Assembly: GCA_025356085.1 (NCBI GenBank) | Contig: JANXUV010000220.1 | Location: 1 to 63,922, forward strand | Length of the DNA: 63,922 nucleotides | Origin: Betaproteobacteria bacterium | GTDB lineage: Bacteria > Pseudomonadota > Gammaproteobacteria > Burkholderiales > SG8-39 | Reading direction: 5' to 3' | Shown here: piece after piece, positions 10,550-19,912 of the stretch | How positions within the stretch are numbered: position 1 is the stretch's first letter | Layout of the letters: the number at the start of each line of letters is the position of its first letter | The notes under the pieces: generated by a model | The model's database searches: none | Seen by the model: only the letters and a program-made list of their open reading frames with translations | Told to the model about the DNA's origin: nothing | Position numbers and translations under genes: made by a program

Positions 10550-11977
10550 CTAGCCTTTGCTTGCCGCGGCGTGCTCGCGCGGAATGAACGAGCCCATCAC
10601 CATGCCGAAAATCGAGAAGCCGAGGCCGACCAGCGGCGGCGGCACGGTCGCATCGCCCGCCAGCATCTCCGCTGCCAGCCAGGCCACCAGCCCGAATATT
10701 GCTGACATGATTGCGCCGACGTTGTTGGCGCGCTTCCAGAAGACGCCGGCCGCCAGCGGCACGAAGGCACTCACCAGCGTTACGGTGTACGCGCTCTGCA
10801 CCATGTCGTACATCGTCTTCTTCGAGTTGAGCGCGAACAGCAATGCCGCCAGCGTGAAGGACACCAGCACCAGGCGCAACGTCAGCAGGAATTGCCGGTC
10901 GCTCATCCTCGGAAAATGCGGCTTGATGATGTTTTCCGTGCACAGCGAGGTCGGCGCGATGATCGCGCCGCTGGCGGTGGACAGGATCGCCGACAGCAGC
11001 GCGCCAAAGAACAGTACCTGGATCCATAGCGGCGTCTGGCTGAGAATGAACGAGGGAAGTATCTGCTGCATCTCGCGCGCATCCTCGGTCGACAGCAGCT
11101 TGACCAGCGAGGGATCGACAAGCAGGCCCGCATAGACGATGTAGATCGGCACGAACGCGAAGCTGAAATAGACCGCGCCGCCAAGAATAGTGCCGAGCAC
11201 CGCGGTCTTCTCGTTCTTGGCGGAAGTCACGCGCTGGAAGATGTCCTGCTGCGGGATCGAGCCGATCGCCAGCGTCAGGAAGGCCGTGCCGAACGCCAGC
11301 CACTCCTTGGTGCCCGCCTTTGGCCAGAATTCGAAGCGGCCCGCCTCGGAGGCGGCGGCAATGACCTTCGCCGGACCGCCCGCCATGTCGCCGACCACCC
11401 ACGCGATCAGCACCACGCCGACGATGATCATCACTGACTGGAACAGGTCGGTCATCGCCACCGACCACATGCCGCCCCAGATGGTGTAGCCCAGCACCAC
11501 CGCGGCGCTGAGGATGATCCCGGTGTGCAGGGGAATGGCGCCGTCGGTGAGCGTGGAGAACGCCAGGCCCAGCGCGGTCAGCTGCGCCGCGGTCCAGCCT
11601 AGGTATGAAATGCTGATGATGACGCTGGTGCCCAGTTCCATCGCGCGTCCGTAGCGCTTGCGGTAGAAGTCGCCGATGGTGAGCAGGTCCATGCGGTAGA
11701 ACGCGCGCGCGAAGAACAGCGCCACGATGACCAGGCAGAACGACGAGCCGAAAGGGTCGGCGATGATGCCGCCCATGCCGCTCCTGGCGAATTCCGCCGA
11801 AACCGAAAGCACCGTTTCGGCGCCGAACCAGGTGGCGAATACCGTGGCGGTATTCATGTACAGCGGCAAACTCCTGCCGGCCACCACGTAATCCCTGGCG
11901 CTGTGGACGCGCCTGGCGGCCCACAGGCCGATGGCGATCGTGACGATCAGATACAGGACGACGAATGCGATCAACAC
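10550..11977 (-). CDS. sodium:solute symporter family transporter
   Basis: 475 aa, about 13 TM segments. SSS-family N-terminus (ARDYVVAGRSLPLYMNTATVFATWFGAETVL). GTG start. Confidence 0.85.
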   Translation of the reverse strand: MLIAFVVLYLIVTIAIGLWAARRVHSARDYVVAGRSLPLYMNTATVFATWFGAETVLSVSAEFARSGMGGIIADPFGSSFCLVIVALFFARAFYRMDLLTIGDFYRKRYGRAMELGTSVIISISYLGWTAAQLTALGLAFSTLTDGAIPLHTGIILSAAVVLGYTIWGGMWSVAMTDLFQSVMIIVGVVLIAWVVGDMAGGPAKVIAAASEAGRFEFWPKAGTKEWLAFGTAFLTLAIGSIPQQDIFQRVTSAKNEKTAVLGTILGGAVYFSFAFVPIYIVYAGLLVDPSLVKLLSTEDAREMQQILPSFILSQTPLWIQVLFFGALLSAILSTASGAIIAPTSLCTENIIKPHFPRMSDRQFLLTLRLVLVSFTLAALLFALNSKKTMYDMVQSAYTVTLVSAFVPLAAGVFWKRANNVGAIMSAIFGLVAWLAAEMLAGDATVPPPLVGLGFSIFGMVMGSFIPREHAAASKG

Positions 11978-11986
11978 GCGCGCAGT

Positions 11987-13459
11987 TTACAGGAGCAGCA
12001 ATATCCCCAGCAGGGCGGCGCCGACAACCACCAGCGCCGCGAGCAGCTGATTGCGCCGGCGGCCCTGCTCCGTGAGGCGCTGCAGCGCCGCTTCCAATTG
12101 GCCGATGCGGTCCTCGGCCAGCAGGCGATGCACCAGGCGGGGGATCGCGGGCAGGGTCTGCGACCAGGCCGGCGCCTCGCGCCTGAGCGTGCGCAGCAGG
12201 CCGCGCCAGCCCAGCTGCTCGCTCATCCAGCGCTCGAGGAACGGCTTGGCGGTCTGCCACAGGTCGAGGTCCGGGTCGAGCTCGCGTCCCAGCCCCTCGA
12301 TGTTGAGCAGCGTCTTCTGCAACAACACCAGCTGCGGCTGGATTTCGACATTGAAACGGCGCGAGGTCTGGAACAGCCGCAGCAGCAGCCTGCCGAAAAA
12401 GATCTCCTTCAGCGGCCGCGCGAAGATCGGCTCGCAGACGGCGCGGATCGCGGCCTCGAAATCGTCCAGCCGCGTGCCGGCGGGCACCCAGCCGGCATCC
12501 AGGTGCGCCAGCGCCACCCGCCGGTAGTCACGGTTGAAGAAGGCGAGGAAATTCTGCGCGAGGTAGCTTTTATCGGTCTCGGACAGCGTGCCCATGATGC
12601 CGAAGTCCAGGGCGACGTACTTGCCGTCGTCCGAAACCAGAATGTTTCCGGGGTGCATGTCGGCATGGAAAAAACCATCCCGGAACACCTGGGTAAAAAA
12701 AATCTCCACGCCCGCCCGCGCCAGCGCCGGGATGTCGATGTTCTTCTGCCTGAGGACGCCGATTTGCGATACCGGCGTGCCGTGCATGCGTTCCATCACC
12801 ATCACGCGCCGCGCGCAATAGTCCCAGTGCACCTGCGGCACCGCGAGCAGCGGCGAATCGAGAAAATTTCGCCGCAACAGCGAGGCGTTGGCCGCCTCGC
12901 GCACCAGATCCAGCTCTTCCTCCAGGTGGCGCGCGAACTCGGCCACCACTTCGCGCGGCTTGAGCCGCCGCCCGTCCACCCACAACCGCTCCAGCAGGCC
13001 CGCTGCCGTCTGCAGCAGCAGCACGTCCCTGGCGATCGCGCGTTCCACGGCGGGGCGCAGCACCTTGACCGCGACTTCGGTGCCGTCCTTCAGGCTCGCG
13101 ACGTAGACCTGCGCGACCGAAGCGCTGGCAATGGGTTGATTTTCGAAATTATTGAATAGCTCCTTGATGGTCTTGCCGAATGAATTTTCAATTTCCGCGG
13201 CAGCCAACTCGAAGGCAAACGGCGGCACCCGATCCTGCAGTTTGGCCAGCTCGTCGGCGATGTCCAGCGGCACTAGGTCGCGCCGCGTGGACAGCAACTG
13301 GCCGAACTTGACGAAGATCGGCCCCAGCGTTTCCAGCGCCTGGCGCAACCGTTCTCCTCTGCGCGGATCGGGACCGCCGGCGAAACGGGGAATGAAGCGG
13401 TAGAGCTGATAGCGCAGCCCTACATTCAGGATCCGAAGAATGCGGAACAAGTTGCCCAT
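11987..13459 (-). CDS. ubiB: ubiquinone biosynthesis regulatory protein kinase UbiB
   Basis: 490 aa. ABC1/UbiB kinase-like motifs ([33 protein letters not shown]) and a C-terminal TM segment. Confidence 0.93.
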   Translation of the reverse strand: MGNLFRILRILNVGLRYQLYRFIPRFAGGPDPRRGERLRQALETLGPIFVKFGQLLSTRRDLVPLDIADELAKLQDRVPPFAFELAAAEIENSFGKTIKELFNNFENQPIASASVAQVYVASLKDGTEVAVKVLRPAVERAIARDVLLLQTAAGLLERLWVDGRRLKPREVVAEFARHLEEELDLVREAANASLLRRNFLDSPLLAVPQVHWDYCARRVMVMERMHGTPVSQIGVLRQKNIDIPALARAGVEIFFTQVFRDGFFHADMHPGNILVSDDGKYVALDFGIMGTLSETDKSYLAQNFLAFFNRDYRRVALAHLDAGWVPAGTRLDDFEAAIRAVCEPIFARPLKEIFFGRLLLRLFQTSRRFNVEIQPQLVLLQKTLLNIEGLGRELDPDLDLWQTAKPFLERWMSEQLGWRGLLRTLRREAPAWSQTLPAIPRLVHRLLAEDRIGQLEAALQRLTEQGRRRNQLLAALVVVGAALLGILLLL

Positions 13460-13460
13460 C

Positions 13461-14048
13461 TCAGCGCGCGCTTTTTACTGCGATTCGATCGATGCGCTTT
13501 TCCAGCCGCTCCAGGCCGTCGCGTAGCCGGGCATGGCTGGCGGCAACCTCATCCAGCTCGCCGCGTGTTACCAGCACGCGCTTTTCCTCCGTCGCATACT
13601 CGACCAGGTTTTCAGCGACGCGGCGCGCTGCGTCGGCGTGCCATGCTGCGACGCCACGTGCGAAGCCTGCCACCCGGTGCGCGGCGACATCGCCGACGAT
13701 CCTGGCGGCCGCCTCCTCTCCATCCCAGCGCAGATGGCGGAACAGGAACATCACTTCGCTCGCCAGGCGCGCGTTGCCCGAGACTTCGACCGCGCGCAGC
13801 AGCTGTTCTTCGCCCTGCATCGCGGCGGCGGGCGCGCCGGGCCCGGCGGTGATGACAAGCGAGGCGGTCGCGCCGGCAGCCGCCGGCGCCAGCCGGCCGT
13901 CGGCGGCCACCGCAAAGCGCAGCGCTGGCAGCGGCGGCGCGCGCAATTCGAGCACTTCGCCCGCGAACGGCAGCAAGCGCTCGCGCGCCCAGGGCTCGGC
14001 GTCGAGCAGGTAATTCAAGGCGGCGGCGAAGGGCGGCTCGAATTTCAT
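13461..14048 (-). CDS. ubiJ: SCP2-domain ubiquinone biosynthesis accessory factor UbiJ
   Basis: 195 aa, [25 protein letters not shown]... It sits immediately upstream of ubiB. Trimmed from ORF 13461..14936, whose Arg-rich upstream part overlaps the Tim44-like gene out of frame. Confidence 0.8.
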   Translation of the reverse strand: MKFEPPFAAALNYLLDAEPWARERLLPFAGEVLELRAPPLPALRFAVAADGRLAPAAAGATASLVITAGPGAPAAAMQGEEQLLRAVEVSGNARLASEVMFLFRHLRWDGEEAAARIVGDVAAHRVAGFARGVAAWHADAARRVAENLVEYATEEKRVLVTRGELDEVAASHARLRDGLERLEKRIDRIAVKSAR

Positions 14049-14054
14049 AACCTG

Positions 14055-14083
14055 AGAAAAGAAAAGGCCACCCTGAGGTGGCC
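14055..14083 (-). terminator. hairpin plus T-tract between the Tim44-like gene and ubiJ
   Basis: GGCCACC-ctga-GGTGGCC (14066-14083). On the minus strand it is followed by TTTTCTTTTCT (14065-14055). Confidence 0.55.
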
Positions 14084-14107
14084 TTTTGTCATTGCCAGGC
14101 TGGAAGA

Positions 14108-14974
14108 TTAATGCATCTGCTGGATGCCGGCGAGTTGCCAGCCGCCCGCGCCGCTGACCGGCTTGGCGAGGTTCCAGACCTCCTCGAAGCCCTGCGGCGC
14201 TTCGCCGGGCGCTTCGCGCAGGCTGCCGGAGAAGCGCACGCTCGCCCAGTGCTTGTCGCCCTCGGTGACGACTTCCAGCAGGTCGGCGTTCAGCGCCAGC
14301 ACGTCGGTCTGCTGCTTCACGTTGCCGCGGCCGACCAGGTCCTTCTTCAGTTCCTCGAACAGCTGGTCGCTGGTGAACTCGCGCAGTTCCTCCAGGTTGC
14401 CCTGATCGTTGGCGATCTGCAGGCGCATGTAGTTGAGCTTGGCGCCTTTCAGGAAGCCGGCGACGTCGAAACCGTCCGGCACGTTCGAGCGGACAGCCAC
14501 GGACTGCGGCGCCTCGAAACCGACCGCTTGCGACGGCGGCGGGGCAGCGACGGTTTCGCTGCCCATGCCAGCGTATTGGAAGCGCTGCGGTGCCTCGCCG
14601 CGCTTCTGCGTCAGCAGGCGCACGATGAAAATCCCCGCGAACACCAGCAATCCCACCAGCAGCAAGCCGACCATCATGCCGCCCATGCCGTTTGCGCCCA
14701 TCAGCCAGCCGAGCGCGCCGCCGAGCGCCAGGCCGCCCAGCAACGGCGCCCAGCGCGCGAAGCCGCTCGCCGGCTGCGGCTGCGCTGCGGCGGGAGCCGC
14801 GGCGGGCGCGGCTTGCGCCGGCTTGGCCGGTGCGGCCGAGGGCGGCGCGCTGGTGACGTTGCGCTGCGTGCCGAGCGAACGGGCGCCGCCGAGGCGCGAC
14901 GCCGCGCTGGCGTCGGTGGCGATGAAGGCCACGCACAACAGCGCGGTGGCAAATCCGAGAAAGATTTTTTTCAT
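14108..14974 (-). CDS. Tim44-like domain-containing membrane protein
   Basis: 288 aa. Signal/anchor MKKIFLGFATALLCVAFIATDASA, an Ala/Pro-rich linker, a Gly-rich TM segment and a C-terminal Tim44-like domain (FDVAGFLKGAKLNYMRLQIANDQG...WNLAKP). Start trimmed to ATG 14974. Confidence 0.8.
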   Translation of the reverse strand: MKKIFLGFATALLCVAFIATDASAASRLGGARSLGTQRNVTSAPPSAAPAKPAQAAPAAAPAAAQPQPASGFARWAPLLGGLALGGALGWLMGANGMGGMMVGLLLVGLLVFAGIFIVRLLTQKRGEAPQRFQYAGMGSETVAAPPPSQAVGFEAPQSVAVRSNVPDGFDVAGFLKGAKLNYMRLQIANDQGNLEELREFTSDQLFEELKKDLVGRGNVKQQTDVLALNADLLEVVTEGDKHWASVRFSGSLREAPGEAPQGFEEVWNLAKPVSGAGGWQLAGIQQMH

Positions 14975-15017
14975 GGGGTATCTCCAGTCAAGCCTAGTCA
15001 GCCTGGTGTCAGCAATC

Positions 15018-15743
15018 CTACAGGAGTTTGAAGCCGCGATGCACCGCAACTGCGCCGGCGGCCAGGTTGAAGTATTCGACACGTTCCAACCCAGCGTGTT
15101 CCAGCATTGCCGCCAGCGCCGGCTGGTCCGGGTGCATGCGGATCGATTCGGCCAGATAGCGGTAGGCCGCGGCATCGCCCGCCACCCGCTCGCCCAGCCA
15201 GGGCAATACGCGGAAGGAATACAGATCGTAGGGTTTTTGCAGCGGCTTCCACACCTGCGAGAACTCCAGCACCAGCAGCCGCCCGCCCGGCTTGAGCACC
15301 CGGGTCATCTCGGCCAGCGCGGCATCCTTGTGCGTCATATTGCGCAGGCCGAAGCCGACGCTGACGCAATCGAAGCTCGCGCTTCGGAACGGCAGCCGCT
15401 CCGCGTCGCACTGCACCGCGGGCGCGAGGCGGCCGGCGTCCGCCATCCGGTCGCGGCCGCGCGCGAGCATCGGTCCGTTGATGTCGCTGATGCAGACTTC
15501 GGCGCCGCGCGCGGCAAAAGCGCGCGCCAGGTCGGCGCTGCCCGAGGCGACGTCGAGCACCCGCTCGCCGGCGCGCACGCGGGCGACCGACACCGCGAAC
15601 GCCTTCCACAACCGGTGCAGGCCGAAGGACATCAGGTCGTTCATCAGGTCGTAGCGCTGCGCGACCTGGTCGAAGACTTCCTCGACGCGCTTTGCCTTTT
15701 CCGCCTCGGCGACGCGCTCGAAACCGAAGTGGGTGTCAGTCAC
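15018..15743 (-). CDS. ubiE: demethylmenaquinone/ubiquinone C-methyltransferase UbiE
   Basis: (V)[46 protein letters not shown] is the canonical UbiE N-terminus. SAM motif [14 protein letters not shown] start at 15743 overlaps the DUF971 gene by 8 nt. Confidence 0.92.
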   Translation of the reverse strand: MTDTHFGFERVAEAEKAKRVEEVFDQVAQRYDLMNDLMSFGLHRLWKAFAVSVARVRAGERVLDVASGSADLARAFAARGAEVCISDINGPMLARGRDRMADAGRLAPAVQCDAERLPFRSASFDCVSVGFGLRNMTHKDAALAEMTRVLKPGGRLLVLEFSQVWKPLQKPYDLYSFRVLPWLGERVAGDAAAYRYLAESIRMHPDQPALAAMLEHAGLERVEYFNLAAGAVAVHRGFKLL

Positions 15744-16122
15744 GGCTGGCGCCAGCCTTGGCCAGCTTGTCGAGGTACTCGGCCCACAGCCGGTCCTGGT
15801 TCTCTCCGAGATGGTGCAGGTATTCCCAGGAATAGATGCCGGTCGCGTGGCCGTCGGAGAACGCCGGCTGCACCGCGTAGGAGCCAACCGGATCGAGCGA
15901 GCGGATTTCCACGCTGCTTTTGCCGACCTGAAGCACTTCCTGCCCCGGGCCGTGGCCGCGCACTTCCGCCGAGGGCGACTGCACGCGCAGGAATTCGTAG
16001 GGCAGCCTGAAGGTCTTGCCGTCGGCGAACGCGATCTCCAGCAGGCGCGATTTCTGGTGCAGCGTGATGCCGGTCGGTGCCGCGCCCGTACCAGGCGCGC
16101 CGGCCGCCGTGGGCGCGGACAT
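15736..16122 (-). CDS. DUF971 (gamma-butyrobetaine hydroxylase-like N-terminal) domain protein
   Basis: 128 aa. [26 protein letters not shown]...[14 protein letters not shown] is typical of DUF971. Confidence 0.8.
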   Translation of the reverse strand: MSAPTAAGAPGTGAAPTGITLHQKSRLLEIAFADGKTFRLPYEFLRVQSPSAEVRGHGPGQEVLQVGKSSVEIRSLDPVGSYAVQPAFSDGHATGIYSWEYLHHLGENQDRLWAEYLDKLAKAGASRD

Positions 16123-17738
16123 CAGCTGACCATTTCGTAGGAACAGCGCTCGTGATCGCTGCCGCGATCGATCAGTTCGGTCAGCCGCACCCGGATGTGG
16201 CCTTCGACGTATACCTCGACCACGCGCTTGGGCTTGAACCAGCCCGCGGGCAGCACCAGCGAGGGCGGCGCGTTGAGCGCCCCGACCGCCGTCAGCGACA
16301 GCGCCTGCACGTACTTGGCGCCCATCACATTCAGGCCGGTCAGCCGCACGGCGGTAGCGGCAGGCAGGCCCGGCAGCAGCCGCACCCCGGCGTAGAGGTC
16401 GCCGGCGTCGTTCTGCATCAGCCAGCGGATCTGCCCCAGGTTGAAATTCTTGCTGTCCCCGGGGCGAACCCCGATCAGCTGGCCAAGCGAGTAGCGCTTG
16501 CCGGGATTGTCGGGATTGTTGGCACGGCGCACCATCTTCAGGCCTTGCGAGCTTTCGTCCTCGATCTGCCAGTCCTCCAGCAGGTAGCCGTGCACCACGC
16601 TGTAGTCATCCTCGTCGCGCGTGCTGACACGGCCGAAGGCCGCGATCTGGTCGCGCTGCGCCGAGGTGAGCTCCTTGGCTTCGCCAGGCTGCTTGAACAC
16701 GTGCCCGGAAACGTAATAGTGGATGGCGACCAGATCGTTGCAGGCCTGCGCCGGATCGGCGCTGCGCTTGCGCTCCGCGGCGCGCGGCTGCATCGCCTGG
16801 CACCACTGGCGGTACAGGAAGACAAGCAACTGCTCGCAGGAAGGCTGCACGCAGTCCTCGCCCAGCGCGAGCTTGGCCGGCGATTCGCCCTTGCGCAAGA
16901 GACCAATCCGGTTGCGCAGGCTCTTGGCGAGGCGCTTGACCTCCAGGTAGCGCGGCGCGGCTGCCGCCGCGCCCTCTCGCTCGGGACAGATTTCGCTCTC
17001 GAGATCGACGATCAGGGGCGGAATGTCCTCCTGTGGCGCCTCGACGGAGATCTCGACCTTCTCGGCCCAGCGCTCGAGCAGGAAGGCGACAAACGTGAGC
17101 TGGCGCTGGCTCAGCTCGTTGGGGTTCGCCATGCCGAGCAGAAGCGCGCGCATGTAGGCGATGCGCGCCGAAGTGTCGTTGACATCGCGGTTGAGATAGT
17201 CCTTGACGGCATCCTCGGCCACGCCGAGTTCCTCGGCACGCACGTAGCCCTCGTGCAGCGCGCGCCATTCGCGCGCCGGCACCTGCCGGTAGGCGCGGTG
17301 GTAATGGAACATCTTCAGCCCGGTGTAGGCGAGCGCGCGCTGGCAGACCATGCCCGCCTGATCGCGCATGCCGGGTTCATCTGCGATCACCGCCTGCAGG
17401 CAGCGCAGGTAGCCCAGATGCATTTCCTCCCACAGCGCGAGCGTTTCGTCGAACACCGCGCTTTCGGCTTCGGCCATCGGCAACGCGCGGTTGGTGAAGC
17501 GGCGCGCCTGCTCAATTTCCACGAACTGCACCGCCTCGCGTACCGCCTCCAGCGCCGCCAGCCGGCTGGTCGCCTTGGCCTCGAAGCGGTTGAACTCCTG
17601 CAGCTGGGTGAACAGCTGGTGTTGGGCCGCGGCGACATTCGCCAGCGGCACGTTTTCCAGCCAGGCCTTGGCGCTCGCGGCGTCGATGAATTCGGGCGCT
17701 GCGCCGGCGGAGAGCTCTGGCAGATCCAGCGTTTTCAT
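16122..17738 (-). CDS. uncharacterised protein with a C-terminal PilZ-like (putative c-di-GMP-binding) domain
   Basis: 538 aa with normal amino-acid composition, unlike the antisense ORF 16077..17807. RxxxR (R370-VST-R374) is followed 19 residues later by DxSxxG (D394-ESSQ-G399). A ...LGQIRWLMQNDAGDLYAGVRLL beta-strand pattern follows. The N-terminal 360 aa match no family I recognise. Confidence 0.7.
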   Translation of the reverse strand: MKTLDLPELSAGAAPEFIDAASAKAWLENVPLANVAAAQHQLFTQLQEFNRFEAKATSRLAALEAVREAVQFVEIEQARRFTNRALPMAEAESAVFDETLALWEEMHLGYLRCLQAVIADEPGMRDQAGMVCQRALAYTGLKMFHYHRAYRQVPAREWRALHEGYVRAEELGVAEDAVKDYLNRDVNDTSARIAYMRALLLGMANPNELSQRQLTFVAFLLERWAEKVEISVEAPQEDIPPLIVDLESEICPEREGAAAAAPRYLEVKRLAKSLRNRIGLLRKGESPAKLALGEDCVQPSCEQLLVFLYRQWCQAMQPRAAERKRSADPAQACNDLVAIHYYVSGHVFKQPGEAKELTSAQRDQIAAFGRVSTRDEDDYSVVHGYLLEDWQIEDESSQGLKMVRRANNPDNPGKRYSLGQLIGVRPGDSKNFNLGQIRWLMQNDAGDLYAGVRLLPGLPAATAVRLTGLNVMGAKYVQALSLTAVGALNAPPSLVLPAGWFKPKRVVEVYVEGHIRVRLTELIDRGSDHERCSYEMVS

Positions 17739-18541
17739 GGCGGGATTGTAGGTGATTTGGGCGGTTCCACGCCTGTGGAGTTTTCAGCTTCAAATACGTC
17801 GCGGTAGCTCAGAAAGGAGCTCGCGAACCACACCGGCAGCAGCGTCCAGAGAACGGCAAACGCAGCCGAGTTGGCCTGCAGCGCGCGCGTGCCGCCGAAC
17901 AGCATCGCGCCGGCGAGCGCCAGTATCAGCACGAATGCGAACAGCAGCGCCATGCCGATGCTGTAGGCAAGAAACGCGCGCCAGTTGATCAGCGCGGCGG
18001 CGGCGCTGAAGAACACCGCCTTCAGAAAATCGACTCCCTTCCACGCCACCAGCAGCGGCGCATACCAGAGCGCCGCCAGCATCAGCGTCTGCAACCCCGC
18101 CACCACCAGCATCGCGTTCTGCACCGCGGGGCTCTGCAGGTCTTCCAATTCGACCTGGGTCACGCCGAGCATGCCCTGCGCAAAGCCTCCCCCGTCGGCG
18201 AGCGCGGATGCGGCAAGTACCAGCGCCATGCCGGCGAGATAAACGCCACCGAGCCGCAGCTGCGCCGTAAAGTGGTGGCGAAAGCCGGACAGCAGCAGCA
18301 CGGGCCCCGGCGCCGTGCCGCGCGAGGCCATGCGCGCGATCGCATGCGGTCCCACCATCAACGCGGGGATCAGCAGCCAGACCAGCGCGAAACCAATCAC
18401 GGGAATCGACAGCGCCAGCGCCAACGCCAGCAGGAACGCGAGATTGAATATCAGCTGGCGCAACGGCGCGACGCGGTATATCGAGAACGCCTCGGTGATC
18501 CAGCGCAGCCCCGCGACGGCGTTCAGTCGGTTGGCACGCAT
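17735..18541 (-). CDS. polytopic inner-membrane protein, function unknown (possibly BPSS1780-like)
   Basis: 268 aa with at least 5 hydrophobic helices. ATGA overlap with the downstream 538-aa gene (17735-17738). Confidence 0.7.
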   Translation of the reverse strand: MRANRLNAVAGLRWITEAFSIYRVAPLRQLIFNLAFLLALALALSIPVIGFALVWLLIPALMVGPHAIARMASRGTAPGPVLLLSGFRHHFTAQLRLGGVYLAGMALVLAASALADGGGFAQGMLGVTQVELEDLQSPAVQNAMLVVAGLQTLMLAALWYAPLLVAWKGVDFLKAVFFSAAAALINWRAFLAYSIGMALLFAFVLILALAGAMLFGGTRALQANSAAFAVLWTLLPVWFASSFLSYRDVFEAENSTGVEPPKSPTIPP

Positions 18542-18545
18542 GCGG

Positions 18546-19499
18546 CTAGGCCAGGGGCGCCTGCGCGTCCTGCGCAGCGCGAAGCGCGAGGATCTCGCGG
18601 AAATGCTCCGGATCGTGCACCTTCACCAGCTCTCCGCTGCGCGGCAGGTGCAAGTCGTGCAGGCGCGACAGCCAGAAGCGCAGCGCCGCCGCGCGCAGCA
18701 TCGCCGGCCAGGCCTCGCGTTCGGCCGCCTGCAGCGGGCGCGCCGCCGCATAGGCGCCCAGCAGCGCCTGCGTGCGCGGCGCGTCCAGCCGCCGGTCGCG
18801 CTCCGGATCCGCGAGGCACCAGTCGTTGACGCAGACCGCGAGGTCGTAGACGTAGCAGTCGGTGCCGGCAAAGTAGAAATCGAAGACGCCGCTGACCCGG
18901 CCGGCACGGAAAATCGCGTTGTCGCGAAACAGATCCGCATGCACCGCCCCGCGCGGCAAGTCCGGAAAGCGCTGCTGCGACTGGAATTGCAATTCCCCGT
19001 CCAGCAGCGCGGCGCGCGGCGCGTCGAGGAACGGCCGCACCTCGGCCGCGGCGCGGCGCCACCATCTCGGGCCGCGCGGATTCTCCAGGAAGCCGCCGTA
19101 GGAGCGGGCCGCGAGATGCATGCGCGCCAGCAGCCCGCCGAGCTCCGCACAGTCGGCGGCGCTCGGGTTGTCGACCGGCTTTCCCTCCAGTCGCGTAACC
19201 AGCGCCGCCGGCTTGCCGTTCAGGCTGGAAAGATAGCGGTCGTCCAGGCCAGCGATCGGCGCCGGGCAGGGAATGCCGTGGCGCGCGAGGTGCACCATCA
19301 GCTCCAGGTAGAACGGCAGTTCGGCCGCCGGCAGGCGCTCGAACAGCGTCAGCACGTAGCGGCCCTGGCTGGTGGTGACGAAGTAGTTGGTGTTCTCGAT
19401 GCCAGCGGCAATCGGCTCCAGCATCGTCGGCGCGCCGACCGAATAGGTCTTCAGCCAGCCGGCCAGCTGGCTTTCAGAAACTGGGGTGAAAACCGACAA
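18546..19499 (-). CDS. thrB: homoserine kinase (ThrB, Pseudomonas type)
   Basis: 317 aa. (TTG)SVFTPVSESQLAGWLKTYSVG...GIENTNYFVTT...HADLFRDN is the APH-fold homoserine kinase pattern. The DUF2782-thrB pair divergent from polA is a conserved arrangement. Confidence 0.9.
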   Translation of the reverse strand: MSVFTPVSESQLAGWLKTYSVGAPTMLEPIAAGIENTNYFVTTSQGRYVLTLFERLPAAELPFYLELMVHLARHGIPCPAPIAGLDDRYLSSLNGKPAALVTRLEGKPVDNPSAADCAELGGLLARMHLAARSYGGFLENPRGPRWWRRAAAEVRPFLDAPRAALLDGELQFQSQQRFPDLPRGAVHADLFRDNAIFRAGRVSGVFDFYFAGTDCYVYDLAVCVNDWCLADPERDRRLDAPRTQALLGAYAAARPLQAAEREAWPAMLRAAALRFWLSRLHDLHLPRSGELVKVHDPEHFREILALRAAQDAQAPLA

Positions 19500-19514
19500 G
19501 CAGGATCAACTGCT

Positions 19515-19844
19515 TCAGTCGAAGGTCTTGATAACCCACATCGGCACCCGCACGCCGGGATCGAGCGCGTCGCTGCGCGACCAGTTGCCGGAGCCAAGCG
19601 GATCGCTCAGGTAGTACGGTATGCCGTTGGGCGGCGTGACTTTCATCAGCACCACGCGCCCGCCGTCGCGCACTTCCTCAATCTTGTCGCCTTCCTGCGG
19701 TGCGATGCGCACGCGCGGATCCTCCGCGCCATCGCGGATCGTCGGCAGCGGCGCTTCCGGCAACGGCTCGAGCCTGGGCGGGCGGTCCTGTGCCAGCACG
19801 CCCGCGGCAGCGGCCGACAAGAGGAAAAAGAGGATACGGCGCAT
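19515..19844 (-). CDS. DUF2782 domain-containing exported protein
   Basis: 109 aa with a signal peptide. ...IEEVRDGGRVVLMKVTPPNGIPYYL is typical of DUF2782. Confidence 0.75.
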   Translation of the reverse strand: MRRILFFLLSAAAAGVLAQDRPPRLEPLPEAPLPTIRDGAEDPRVRIAPQEGDKIEEVRDGGRVVLMKVTPPNGIPYYLSDPLGSGNWSRSDALDPGVRVPMWVIKTFD

Positions 19845-19912
19845 GGCGGGATTCTACCCCACCGCGATAGCGCCGATAGTGCGCCGCACCAGCCGGGTAA
19901 GATGCGCCCTCG

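Noticed and set aside
10080-12260. 726-aa minus-strand ORF spanning VanZ, the symporter and ubiB in another frame
   Set aside because: It is out of frame with three well-supported genes on the same strand. Its composition is extremely Arg/Gly/Ala/Pro-rich. It is a GC-driven open frame, not a gene.
14049-14936. N-terminal extension of ORF 13461..14936 (would give a 491-aa UbiJ)
   Set aside because: The extension is Arg-rich and overlaps the Tim44-like gene out of frame. It also crosses the hairpin at 14055-14083. UbiJ homology starts at MKFEPPF (ATG 14048).
16077-17807. 576-aa plus-strand ORF antisense to the 538-aa PilZ-like gene
   Set aside because: The two frames compete. The minus-strand product has balanced composition (K, E, D, Y, W, F), a PilZ motif, and stop/start coupling to both neighbours. 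The plus-strand product is typical antisense low complexity (R/A/H/Q/L/V).
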